Assembly (NCBI GenBank): GCA_964429055.1
Contig: CAYSAK010000003.1
Location: forward strand, 5,962 to 69,961
From: an uncultured Candidatus Saccharibacteria bacterium
GTDB lineage: Bacteria > Patescibacteriota > Saccharimonadia > Saccharimonadales > Saccharimonadaceae
Direction: 5' to 3'
Length of the DNA stretch: 64,000 nt
The notes beneath the pieces are model-generated. The model ran no database searches and was not told where the DNA came from. It worked only from the letters and a program-made list of their open reading frames with translations. Position numbers and translations under genes: made by a program. Positions 26,512 through 36,951 of the stretch are shown here, one piece after another. Every line of letters starts with the position of its first letter. Position 1 is the first letter of the stretch.

Positions 26512-27441
26512 TTATTTACGCTTGTGTGTTTTTCTCTTATTGTCCTTTAAAATAATGCCAAGTGCTACTACGCCAACTATAAAGAATACTAGAAGTCCCG
26601 TTATTAAATAATCTTCCTTCGAAATGTTCAGTTCTCTAAAGAATCCACCAGTATTTGGGACTACAATTGCTTCGTAGTCGAGCGTTTGTATGTATGGTTT
26701 ATAAAGTTTGTTGTTGTTTCTATCGTAAGGTGTAAAGGCAATAGTGTATTTACCAGAAGGAACATTATATTTCTCAAATGGTAATTCAACTTTGGTGGTT
26801 GGTGATGTCACCTCGATTGGCGATAGACCTTCCACAAGATTGCCGTCTTTATCATAAACATTAATAATAATTGTTGCTACATCGCCATCACTATCGTCCG
26901 TGCCATCATCCGCGTTATATTCCATGTCTGCATAAATTTTACCGGTATCCTCGTCCTCTTCTAAATCCGCTACAAGTGGAATATATATAAACGATACTAA
27001 GTCTTCGTCGTAAACCCCGTCCTCATTTGTTCCCTTCACGTTAATAACATAATCACCATATCCAAATTCCGTGCCTAGTAAACCAGCGTCTGCGCCAAAA
27101 AGATCATAGGCTTTTGTACTATGAGCTGGACTCGACGGAAAACTATCAATGACCTTAGAGATAGTAATGCCGTCTGCGTTGGTATATTTAACCGAGACCA
27201 CTACATTATTAACGTTTTCATAGGAGACGGTAACTGCTTCAGGTTCTAAAGTTACCTCTCCATTCGTGATACCACTTACATTAACGTCTGGGACGGAACC
27301 CACTACCGTTACGACTATGGTATCTGTTACGCTTGATATTGCTGAGGCTATTGGGGCTGGAATTTTCGCAGCGATAATCGTCGTGACTATCACGAAAATC
27401 AGCCCAAGAAAGCCAAAGATTTTCTTTTGTGCTCTTTTCAT
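26512..27441 (-). CDS. Surface protein with signal peptide and VPNTG sorting signal
   Basis: 309 aa. N-terminal signal-like helix and beta-rich, acidic Ig-like body. C-terminal VPNTG (26647-26661), then a hydrophobic helix and KDNKRKTHKRK. Confidence 0.7.
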   Translation of the reverse strand: MKRAQKKIFGFLGLIFVIVTTIIAAKIPAPIASAISSVTDTIVVTVVGSVPDVNVSGITNGEVTLEPEAVTVSYENVNNVVVSVKYTNADGITISKVIDSFPSSPAHSTKAYDLFGADAGLLGTEFGYGDYVINVKGTNEDGVYDEDLVSFIYIPLVADLEEDEDTGKIYADMEYNADDGTDDSDGDVATIIINVYDKDGNLVEGLSPIEVTSPTTKVELPFEKYNVPSGKYTIAFTPYDRNNNKLYKPYIQTLDYEAIVVPNTGGFFRELNISKEDYLITGLLVFFIVGVVALGIILKDNKRKTHKRK

Positions 27442-27508
27442 ACTCTACACTCTTGTTTATGTTTAATGTTTATTTTGGTTAGTAAAGATATCCGTCTCGC
27501 ACGGGCCG

Positions 27509-28510
27509 CTAGACAGTAAATCTAGAACGGCGTTCTTTACGTCTCCTTACCGTGATTATAATCCATATGGTTAAAATTGTCAAGAGCAAAATTATGGTGA
27601 TGATAATTGGGGCTGGGAGTAACATCACAATTTTCGAAATTGTCTCAGTTTTATCAGCAGCTGATACGGTCCAGGTAACTTTGAAAATACCAAAGTATGG
27701 GGTTTCTTCCCATTTATCTGTTACGGATAATTCAACTTCCGGAATGATTGAGACTAAACCTTGATTAGACGGTGTTTCATAATAGGTTATGCCGAAAATA
27801 CCTTCAACTTTCAATTTGCCATAGGCCATAAAATCTACGTTACCATTGTTTTTGACGCGGGCATAACCATTAATGATAGTTTGTTCTTCTTCATCGACTT
27901 TCAGGCCTTGACCAATTTTTAGATCTTTGACTTCTGATTCTAGAGTAGCTTCGCCACTTGCTCGTCCGTATAAGACTAGACCTGGGCTGGCTTCGGTTTT
28001 AATACCGCTAGAAGTGGTAGAACTCGACAGGGTGTGCGCAAATAATACGGCGTATTGTCCACCGCCTGGAATGTCGGATGGAGTGGTGACGCGGTAGGTG
28101 ACCTTGACGCTTTCATTTGGACCTGCTTTAAAATGAGGGTTTTTGACGTAGTTGCCAGATTTATCTTTGAAGGTGACCCATCTGACGATCTGGGTAAAAG
28201 AGTTTTCTTTACTAAAGCCAAGTTTATATTCACCCTCTTCTTCGGAATAAGTATAGGAATATGGGGAGGCATAAACTTCAAATTCCATTTCGTTTTCACC
28301 ATTGTTGGTGACAGTGAAAGAATCTTCATAGACTTTGCTTGCTTCAAGTTTCAAAACTTTGTTGACCGGACTAATACTGATACTGGTCGCCGCTTTAATG
28401 ATTTCAGCTGTCTCGTCATTCTCTTCTTTAGCTAGGACATTACCTGAAAAACAAAAAACCGAACCAATTAAGATTGATACGGTAATCCAGAAATACTTTA
28501 AACTCTTCAT
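27509..28510 (-). CDS. Cell-surface protein, DUF916/DUF3324 (CscA)-like, with signal peptide and C-terminal TM anchor
   Basis: 333 aa. Signal peptide ending VLAKE, two beta-sandwich-like halves (…VTTPSDIPGGGQYAVLF… resembles the DUF916 signature), and a C-terminal helix followed by RRRKERRSR. The family assignment is by pattern only. Confidence 0.45.
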   Translation of the reverse strand: MKSLKYFWITVSILIGSVFCFSGNVLAKEENDETAEIIKAATSISISPVNKVLKLEASKVYEDSFTVTNNGENEMEFEVYASPYSYTYSEEEGEYKLGFSKENSFTQIVRWVTFKDKSGNYVKNPHFKAGPNESVKVTYRVTTPSDIPGGGQYAVLFAHTLSSSTTSSGIKTEASPGLVLYGRASGEATLESEVKDLKIGQGLKVDEEEQTIINGYARVKNNGNVDFMAYGKLKVEGIFGITYYETPSNQGLVSIIPEVELSVTDKWEETPYFGIFKVTWTVSAADKTETISKIVMLLPAPIIITIILLLTILTIWIIITVRRRKERRSRFTV

Positions 28511-28528
28511 CTACCTCCTTATAAGTTA

Positions 28529-28549
28529 TGGTGCGCCTGACTAGACTCG
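28529..28549 (-). repeat. 21-nt direct duplicate of the tRNA-Leu(GAG) 3' end (T-loop to CCA)
   Basis: tggtgcgcctgactagactcg at 28529-28549 is identical to 28597-28617. The two copies are separated by 47 nt. Confidence 0.9.
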
Positions 28550-28596
28550 CTTGCGAAGCAACGATGTCTTGCTTTTGAAGCGTGTCCTTAGACACG

Positions 28597-28687
28597 TGGT
28601 GCGCCTGACTAGACTCGAACTAGCACAGCCGTAGGTCTGGCCACTACCACCTCAAGGTAGCGTGTCTACCAATTCCACCACAGGCGC
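28597..28687 (-). tRNA. tRNA-Leu (anticodon GAG), class II with long variable arm, CCA encoded
   Basis: Revcomp GCGCCTGTGGTGGAATTGGTAGACACGCTACCTTGAGGTGGTAGTGGCCAGACCTACGGCTGTGCTAGTTCGAGTCTAGTCAGGCGCACCA. The 7-bp acceptor stem pairs, the anticodon stem is CTACC/GGTAG with loop TTGAGGT, and the T-loop is TTCGAGT. Confidence 0.9.
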
Positions 28688-28709
28688 ATATAGTTATTAT
28701 ATCATATTA

Positions 28710-29231
28710 TTATCTAGATTGAAACATATTAATGATTACGGTCGTGAGCCATTGGTTTAAAAAGAAGATACCAATCGTGATTCCCGCCGAGATTAGAATG
28801 TGCAAAACTTTCTTTTTGGTTTTATGGTAGTAATAAACCGCTGAGGCGATGGCGGCAATGGCAAAAATAGGTGCGGCTAGAGACATGGTATTAAAGATAC
28901 TATGTACGAGACTGATGGCTCGCAGTGCAGCCTCATTTTGTGCCAAAGTGGTGCTACTTCTGTTGGCGGTTGCAACAGAGTATTGTAAGTAGAGGAACAT
29001 TTTTTCGCCAACTAGGCCGAGAATGCCAAGAAGAATGCCAGCGTTGGCCGATCTTTCCCCGCCAGCCAGAAAGGCAGCGGGGTCTTTAGTAAAGCCTTTT
29101 CTTGTTGTGAAAGTTGTCGGGTCAATGTAGGCTAAATTACCCTTGGATTCCTGAAGAGAATCTCGGCTGGCTTTTTCTTTTTCCGCTTTGATGCGTTCCC
29201 ATTTTTGCCAATCTTCTGCTTTGTCGTCCAT
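28710..29231 (-). CDS. Hypothetical membrane protein
   Basis: 173 aa. Charged N-terminal region and 3-4 predicted TM helices. No recognisable motif. Confidence 0.5.
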   Translation of the reverse strand: MDDKAEDWQKWERIKAEKEKASRDSLQESKGNLAYIDPTTFTTRKGFTKDPAAFLAGGERSANAGILLGILGLVGEKMFLYLQYSVATANRSSTTLAQNEAALRAISLVHSIFNTMSLAAPIFAIAAIASAVYYYHKTKKKVLHILISAGITIGIFFLNQWLTTVIINMFQSR

Positions 29232-29240
29232 TGTGCCACC

Positions 29241-30977
29241 CTATGGAGTTTTATTGCGCGAACCTTTCACGGTTGCAAAGTTTAGAATGTCTGAAAAACG
29301 ATCAATTGGAGCAGCTAACCTCACATCGTTGCCGTAGGCACGGGAGTTTTTATTATAAAAGTAAGTTAGATTGGCTTGATAAAGCCCGATTGCTGGAACA
29401 TCTGCCACCCAGTGTTGGAGGAATGATTCGTATTTTTTGGCTCGGAGTTTGATATCCAAAGTTTCCCTTGCTCCGACTAGTAAATCATCTACCAGGGCGT
29501 TACGGTAATTGGAAAAGTTTAATCCTGCCGTGGAGATTTGTGAGGAATGATAATATGGCAATGGATCCGGATCGGCACCAAGCTCAATTTCATAAACTAG
29601 AATATCGTAATCGCGTTTTGCGATAATATTAGTGATAAACTCCTGAGTTTCTTCATGAACGGTAACATCCGCATTAATTCCTAGTGCTGTAAGCTCATTT
29701 TTTAAGGCCTCACTTATGGCTGGTAAATACCCAGAATTGACGGTGACAATTTTGAGATTGATTTCGTTGTCTTCTTTTATGGCGTTGATTTTTTGCTCGG
29801 CTTGCTCGTAATCATATTGTGGTATTTCAGAATAATTTGAAAGTTCAATTTGTGAACTGACTAATGGATAATTCAGTGGCGTGGCGTTTTTGGCGACGGC
29901 TCTTAAATTGTCAAGATTAATGCCTTGACGCATAGCTACGCGGAAATCCTTATTCTTGACCCATTCTTTGTTGGTATTGAAGAAAATGAACGCGCCAACA
30001 TTAATACTGGAATCTTTTTGATAGAATGATTTTGAAGTGATTTTTTCGGCATCAACATCAGAGAGTTCGGCAGTGGCGGTGACTTTTCGGCTATTAATGG
30101 CATTAATAATACTAGTTTTGTCTGCATAAGTATGCACAGCAAAGCTATTTAGCATTGGTTTGCCGAGATAATAATTTGGATTGGCGGAGAGATAGATAAC
30201 TTCTTCGTTATCTGACCGAGTGGTCTGCAAAGCGTTGAAGCTAAACGGTCCGGAAGTTACTGGCGCATTTGAAAAATCGTCTTCAATTAAAGTTTTTGGT
30301 GAGGCATCTTCTAGTTCATGCTTTGGTACTACAGGAATTTCTAGGGCGGTAGCAAAATCTGCATAGGCGTTTGGTAAGGTGAAAACAATTTCACCAGTTT
30401 CTTTTTCTTCGACTTTCACACCTTGCAAATTAGACCAGTAAATAGAGTTAACGGCAGGGTTTTGAATCAGATTAATGGTAAACATGACGTCTTCGTTAGT
30501 CAAAGGTTCCCCATCTGACCATTTGAGATTATCGCGAAGTTTGATGGTCCAGATTTTGCCATTTTCATTGGCACGAAGCGACTGGATTAGTCCTAGGCCA
30601 GGATTGCCGGAATAATCCACTTCGACTAAAGTGGCAAACATGAGTTTACTCAAAACTTTCTCACTATTAGTGGTAGCAAAAAACGGATTTAATGAATTAA
30701 TTCGTCCAATTGTAGCTTCCGAATAAGTGCCACCTTCCACAAAAACATCATTGGCGTAGGAACTGTTTGACCAAAATGCCTGCGTGATGGCAAGCATTAC
30801 GAGAGCCGTTACGAGTAGTGACCACTCCAAAATCAAGAGTTTAACGTCTTGGATATGCGAAACTCGCCCAATTAAGTTTTCCTTAATGTGCTCCTTGCCT
30901 TCTTCACTGGCCTTCATAGACGCACGAGAAAACTTTCTTAAGAATTTTTGCCCACGCTTTTTAATATTTTCTATCAT
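29241..30977 (-). CDS. ABC transporter substrate-binding protein, family 5 (peptide/nickel type), TM-anchored
   Basis: 578 aa. N-terminal TM helix and the SBP_bac_5-like block KLRDNLKWSDGEPLTNEDVMFT. No permease or ATPase genes are adjacent. Confidence 0.7.
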   Translation of the reverse strand: MIENIKKRGQKFLRKFSRASMKASEEGKEHIKENLIGRVSHIQDVKLLILEWSLLVTALVMLAITQAFWSNSSYANDVFVEGGTYSEATIGRINSLNPFFATTNSEKVLSKLMFATLVEVDYSGNPGLGLIQSLRANENGKIWTIKLRDNLKWSDGEPLTNEDVMFTINLIQNPAVNSIYWSNLQGVKVEEKETGEIVFTLPNAYADFATALEIPVVPKHELEDASPKTLIEDDFSNAPVTSGPFSFNALQTTRSDNEEVIYLSANPNYYLGKPMLNSFAVHTYADKTSIINAINSRKVTATAELSDVDAEKITSKSFYQKDSSINVGAFIFFNTNKEWVKNKDFRVAMRQGINLDNLRAVAKNATPLNYPLVSSQIELSNYSEIPQYDYEQAEQKINAIKEDNEINLKIVTVNSGYLPAISEALKNELTALGINADVTVHEETQEFITNIIAKRDYDILVYEIELGADPDPLPYYHSSQISTAGLNFSNYRNALVDDLLVGARETLDIKLRAKKYESFLQHWVADVPAIGLYQANLTYFYNKNSRAYGNDVRLAAPIDRFSDILNFATVKGSRNKTP

Positions 30978-30978
30978 A

Positions 30979-31206
30979 TTATGCTGGAATTAATAATAAA
31001 CCTAAGATCGATGAAACGAATATTACTGCAAAAACAATGGTGGTGACAAAAAGTGATTTTTCAAGACCGCGTCTGGTGGTGTAGAGCTCTCCGGAGCTAC
31101 CGAATCCCGCACCAAGTGAAGCGCCACGTTGTTGTAATAAAATTAATAAGATAGTGAGAAATGCTGAAATGAAGATTACTACTTCTAGAAAATTTCCTAA
31201 TTGCAT
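30979..31206 (-). CDS. secG: Preprotein translocase subunit SecG
   Basis: 75 aa, two TM helices, LLQQRGASLGAGFG motif. Confidence 0.8.
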   Translation of the reverse strand: MQLGNFLEVVIFISAFLTILLILLQQRGASLGAGFGSSGELYTTRRGLEKSLFVTTIVFAVIFVSSILGLLLIPA

Positions 31207-31224
31207 AAAATAACTCCTCTTACT

Positions 31225-32571
31225 CTACTTTAGCATATTTTTTCTTTTCAGTAAAGAATGATACGTGATGGCAAACCGGTGTGACTCTTCGTCGATGCGG
31301 GCGATTAAGCGTGCAACGTGTGAACCGGAAGATAATTCCAAATGGTTCCATTCTCGGGGCGCGTCCAAAACCCCTGTCGCCACAGGGGTTTTGGCGCTCG
31401 TCCTCGCCTTGCCAGGCTCCGGATCCCCTCGAAATGGAACATTTGGAATTGCTAGTTTTACACGGGCGTTATGTGAATGGTCACCGGATTTGTCGCGACC
31501 GATTACTAGTATATTGTATGGCTCGACTAATGGCAAAATGGCGTTGACTTGATTGATGCCGCCGTCTAGAATAATTAGGTCCGGGAAATCCCATTCGGTG
31601 TGTTTAAGCCGTCTTGTGATCACCTCGATCATGCTTTTGAGGTCGTCATTGGTTGAAGTGCGGATTTTGAACTTGCGGTACTCGCTGCGGGCGGCGACAC
31701 CATTGATAAATACCACCATGCTTGCCACCGTATTGGTGCCAGATTGGTGCGAAATGTCGTATCCTTCGATTCGGCGCGGTGGTTTTTCTAGCCCGAGCAT
31801 TTTTTGTAAGTCAGATAAGGCCTGATCTGAAGAGATATCTAGAAACTCTTTGTCGGAAAAGACGATTTTCTTCTTGAGCTCTTTCAAACCAAACAATTGG
31901 TTACGGGCTTCGGCTGCTAGTTCATAATTCCCTTTGGAGGCCTCATCATACATGGTTTTTTCAAGCTCTTTTAAGAGTTTTTCGCGATCACCTTCTAAGT
32001 ATCTAATGAGTTTTCTTAAGTTTCTTTTGTAATCTTTAGGAGTGCATTTTCCGACTTCAATTCCTGGCGTGAGATTTAGGTCGGTATTTAAGGTCTTTTT
32101 GCCAGTGTATGGCTTATCATAATACGGAAAGATTCGCCGAAGGGTTCGGAGAGCCTTTTCGACCACCAATTTGCCATAAAATGGCCCAACATAGACTGCT
32201 TTATCATCCATTGGTGTGCGTGTGAAAGAAATATACGGCACTTCATCTTGCATCGAAATTCGGACATATGACACGGTTTTATCGTCGCGAAGCAGAATAT
32301 TCCACTTTGGCATGTAGCGTTTGATCATTTCGGATTCTAAAAACAATGCGTCCATTTCGGTATCGACGACAATCCAGTCGGTGTCATAGATTTCTGCTAC
32401 CAAGGCTTCAGTTTTGGTGTCTTTATGAGATTTTTGGAAGTATTGGCGTACCCGGTTTTTAAGAACCGCCGCTTTGCCTACATAGATAATCTCCCCGGTT
32501 TTGTTTTTATGAAAATAAACTCCCGGTGAGACCGGAAGTTTATTTAGTTTTTGTCTTAACCTCTCGTCCAT
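31225..32571 (-). CDS. uvrC: Excinuclease ABC subunit C, short form without C-terminal (HhH)2, carrying a 39-codon palindromic-element insert
   Basis: 448 aa. GIY-YIG (GVYFHKNKTGEIIYVGKA...NRV..Y), a UVR-like helix pair, the endonuclease domain (GYDISH...ILDGG), and it ends at EESHRFAITYH. Confidence 0.9.
   Translation of the reverse strand: MDERLRQKLNKLPVSPGVYFHKNKTGEIIYVGKAAVLKNRVRQYFQKSHKDTKTEALVAEIYDTDWIVVDTEMDALFLESEMIKRYMPKWNILLRDDKTVSYVRISMQDEVPYISFTRTPMDDKAVYVGPFYGKLVVEKALRTLRRIFPYYDKPYTGKKTLNTDLNLTPGIEVGKCTPKDYKRNLRKLIRYLEGDREKLLKELEKTMYDEASKGNYELAAEARNQLFGLKELKKKIVFSDKEFLDISSDQALSDLQKMLGLEKPPRRIEGYDISHQSGTNTVASMVVFINGVAARSEYRKFKIRTSTNDDLKSMIEVITRRLKHTEWDFPDLIILDGGINQVNAILPLVEPYNILVIGRDKSGDHSHNARVKLAIPNVPFRGDPEPGKARTSAKTPVATGVLDAPREWNHLELSSGSHVARLIARIDEESHRFAITYHSLLKRKNMLK
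31334..31450. repeat. GC-rich palindromic element, in-frame copy in uvrC (117 nt)
   Basis: Arms AATTCCAAATGGTTCCATTCTCGGGG / CCCCTCGAAATGGAACATTTGGAATT. Perfect inner hairpin CCAAAACCCCT-GTCGCCAC-AGGGGTTTTGG, followed by GCGCTCGTCCTC. Confidence 0.85.
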
Positions 32572-32577
32572 CTTCTT

Positions 32578-32586
32578 ATTATATCA
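32578..32586 (-). promoter_or_regulatory. Extended -10 promoter (TGaTATAAT) 6 nt upstream of the uvrC ATG (leaderless)
   Basis: The minus strand reads TGTGATATAAT-aagaag-ATG. No SD. Confidence 0.5.
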
Positions 32587-32614
32587 CAAAATGCTTAAAA
32601 AGTAAAGAGGATGG

Positions 32615-33931
32615 TTAATCTATAGAGAAAATTGAGTCTTCGTTGTCGCCGCCATAAAGCTCGGACATGATTTTCGTCATAGCTTCGTTTACATCAATAT
32701 ATTCGGTTGGCTCATTGATGGTGATCTGAGAAGGATAGGCAAGCGAAAGGTCGACCGTGACGGTTATTTTGTTTTCATCTTGACTAATTGCGAAGTATAC
32801 TCTTGTGAAATTATCATTATTGTCGATTTCGACATAGAGATCTGGGAAATCTTTAATTATTTCTTGGGCTTCTTCCGTGGTAAGATCTTCCCCGCTAGTT
32901 GTTTTTATGCCCATACAGGAACTGATTTCTTTAACAAAACTAGAATCACGTAGTGCATTGATGAAACTAGCGGTTTTTTCAGCATCAAGACTCAAGAGAT
33001 AAAGAGCGTCTTTCTTTTGAGAGATTTTAAGATTCTCAGTAGTGTAATTGATGAATGGATATTGTTGATAGACTCCGGTTAATTCTTCGCCGTATTTGCT
33101 CATATTGCTAGCCGCATCGGTAAGACATTGAGTTGGCGAAGTGTTTGTTGAAGTGGTACCGGTGATTTCGCTGACGTCGCTACTTTGAATTCTGATCCAT
33201 TCTTCGTCAATTAGTTTAAGTACGCTAAGGATGCTTAAAATTGAATCGGATGAGCTTGGTTCTCCAATACAGTCTTCAAGCTCCGATTCGTCGTCTGACG
33301 CACAATCGGTGACTTCTTGTGGTAGTGGTTCGTAATTATTGATGGCTTCGGCAATTTTTGATAGCCTGACATAGTATTCGCCTTTTGAATTGCCAACTTC
33401 GTCGACATTGAAGGAGAGTTTGCCACCGTCTGTAAGAGTGGTAGAAATTACAGCATTGGCGTAGTTTTCTTTATGAATACCGTTGAGAGAAGCTTGGAAT
33501 TTGACGTTAAAATCGGAAAACGGCATTGACTCTTCGGACGTGGTGACACTTACGCTACCATCTAGTGCGACCATTCTTGGTGCGTCGCCACTCATGAGTT
33601 TGGCAAGTGCGGCCGGAACGGCATCTTTTTTCGCGGCAAATGGATTGATGAAAATTAATGCTGCTGCTACACCGGCTGCGATGGCTACAACACAAAGAAT
33701 GATCGCCACAATAAGACCGGCTTTTTTAGGTTTCGCAACTTTTGGCTGTGCCATTTCGGTAGGCTGTGCTACTGGTTGTGCAGGTTGTGTTACTGCTGGT
33801 TGCTCCGCTACAGCTGGCTCAGCTACAGGTGCTACTGGCGTTGGCTCCGCGGCAACCGGTTCCGGAGCAGTTGGCGCCACTTCTGGATTGGGATTGAGAG
33901 GATTTGGCGTCCCCTCCGGGTTTTCGTTCAT
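32615..33931 (-). CDS. Hypothetical membrane-anchored protein with a Pro/Ala-rich N-terminus
   Basis: 438 aa. N-terminal PEVAPTAPEPVAAEPTPVAP low-complexity region, one TM helix (LIVAIILCVVAIAAGVAAALIFI), and a large extracytoplasmic domain of unknown family. Confidence 0.55.
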   Translation of the reverse strand: MNENPEGTPNPLNPNPEVAPTAPEPVAAEPTPVAPVAEPAVAEQPAVTQPAQPVAQPTEMAQPKVAKPKKAGLIVAIILCVVAIAAGVAAALIFINPFAAKKDAVPAALAKLMSGDAPRMVALDGSVSVTTSEESMPFSDFNVKFQASLNGIHKENYANAVISTTLTDGGKLSFNVDEVGNSKGEYYVRLSKIAEAINNYEPLPQEVTDCASDDESELEDCIGEPSSSDSILSILSVLKLIDEEWIRIQSSDVSEITGTTSTNTSPTQCLTDAASNMSKYGEELTGVYQQYPFINYTTENLKISQKKDALYLLSLDAEKTASFINALRDSSFVKEISSCMGIKTTSGEDLTTEEAQEIIKDFPDLYVEIDNNDNFTRVYFAISQDENKITVTVDLSLAYPSQITINEPTEYIDVNEAMTKIMSELYGGDNEDSIFSID

Positions 33932-33966
33932 AAAATAACTCCTTAGTTAATAATGCTTATGTTTAA

Positions 33967-35971
<2,005 letters not shown>

Positions 35972-35982
35972 AATAACCTTTC

Positions 35983-36951
35983 TTAAATTTTTTGTATCGG
36001 CATGAGGTGAAGTTCTTCTTCGCCGGTTAGTATCCCTTGATTAGCGCCAATTTTGGAAACTACGGATGTCGAATTAGCTGAGGCAAAAATTAAGGATTTT
36101 TTGAATGATTTGCCGTTGGCAAAGGCCGCTAAGAATCCAGAACCAAAAGCGTCACCAGCGCCGGTGGCATCTTTCATTTTAATATCTTCATAGATTCCAA
36201 AACGGTAGGCTTCGTTGGTTTGGCGATTTCCGGCGATGCCGCCCATCGCCCCGTCAGTAATAATTACAATTGGTACATAATTATTCAAATGATATAGAAG
36301 TTCAGTCAAAAGTACGCCTGGTACAATTTTTGAGGCTTCAGATTTGTTAACTAATAAAATATCCACATATTCAAACAACCTAGTGATTTCTTTCTGCTTA
36401 GATAGTTCTTTTACTCCTGGATTAAAGACAATTTTGACGTCTAGCTCACGGGCCTTTTTGAAGAACTTAGTAAGTGTGTCTAGATCTCCTCTCAGACTCG
36501 TGACATATAAATAGTCTGGATGAATTAACTCAAGGTCGTCGGCATCAAAATTATCAAAACTTTCACTTGCGCCGCGATGAGTCAAGATGGTTCTTTCGCC
36601 ACCTTTGGAATCGAGCAGAATGACTGAAGTACCGGTGGCTTTTTTGCTAACAAAATTCACATAGCTAGTGTCAATTTCTTCACGATCAAGTACGCGAATG
36701 ATTGCCTCGCCGGCTGAATCGCGAGCGATGTTACTAATTAGAATGGCTTCGTGACCATTTCTGGCGAAGGTAATAGCTGAATTGACGCCGCCACCACCAA
36801 CTTCGTAGCTTAGTTTATCGATATCAACTTTGGAGCCAACGAGGACATTACCAAAAATTGCCCCACTGCCAATCACGGTTGGCGAAAGGTCGTCATGGTC
36901 AATCAAATAAATATCCTGCAGGGCCGAGCCGAGCGAAACGATTCGCGCCAT
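35983..36951 (-). CDS. PfkB-family carbohydrate kinase (ribokinase-like)
   Basis: 322 aa. GGGGVNSA and DATGAGDAFGSGF motifs. Confidence 0.8.
   Translation of the reverse strand: MARIVSLGSALQDIYLIDHDDLSPTVIGSGAIFGNVLVGSKVDIDKLSYEVGGGGVNSAITFARNGHEAILISNIARDSAGEAIIRVLDREEIDTSYVNFVSKKATGTSVILLDSKGGERTILTHRGASESFDNFDADDLELIHPDYLYVTSLRGDLDTLTKFFKKARELDVKIVFNPGVKELSKQKEITRLFEYVDILLVNKSEASKIVPGVLLTELLYHLNNYVPIVIITDGAMGGIAGNRQTNEAYRFGIYEDIKMKDATGAGDAFGSGFLAAFANGKSFKKSLIFASANSTSVVSKIGANQGILTGEEELHLMPIQKI

Noticed and set aside
33483-33938. 151-aa plus-strand ORF rich in Ala/Gly/Thr
   Set aside because: It is antisense to the Pro/Ala-rich N-terminus of the 438-aa membrane protein and has no start context. 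It is a shadow ORF.
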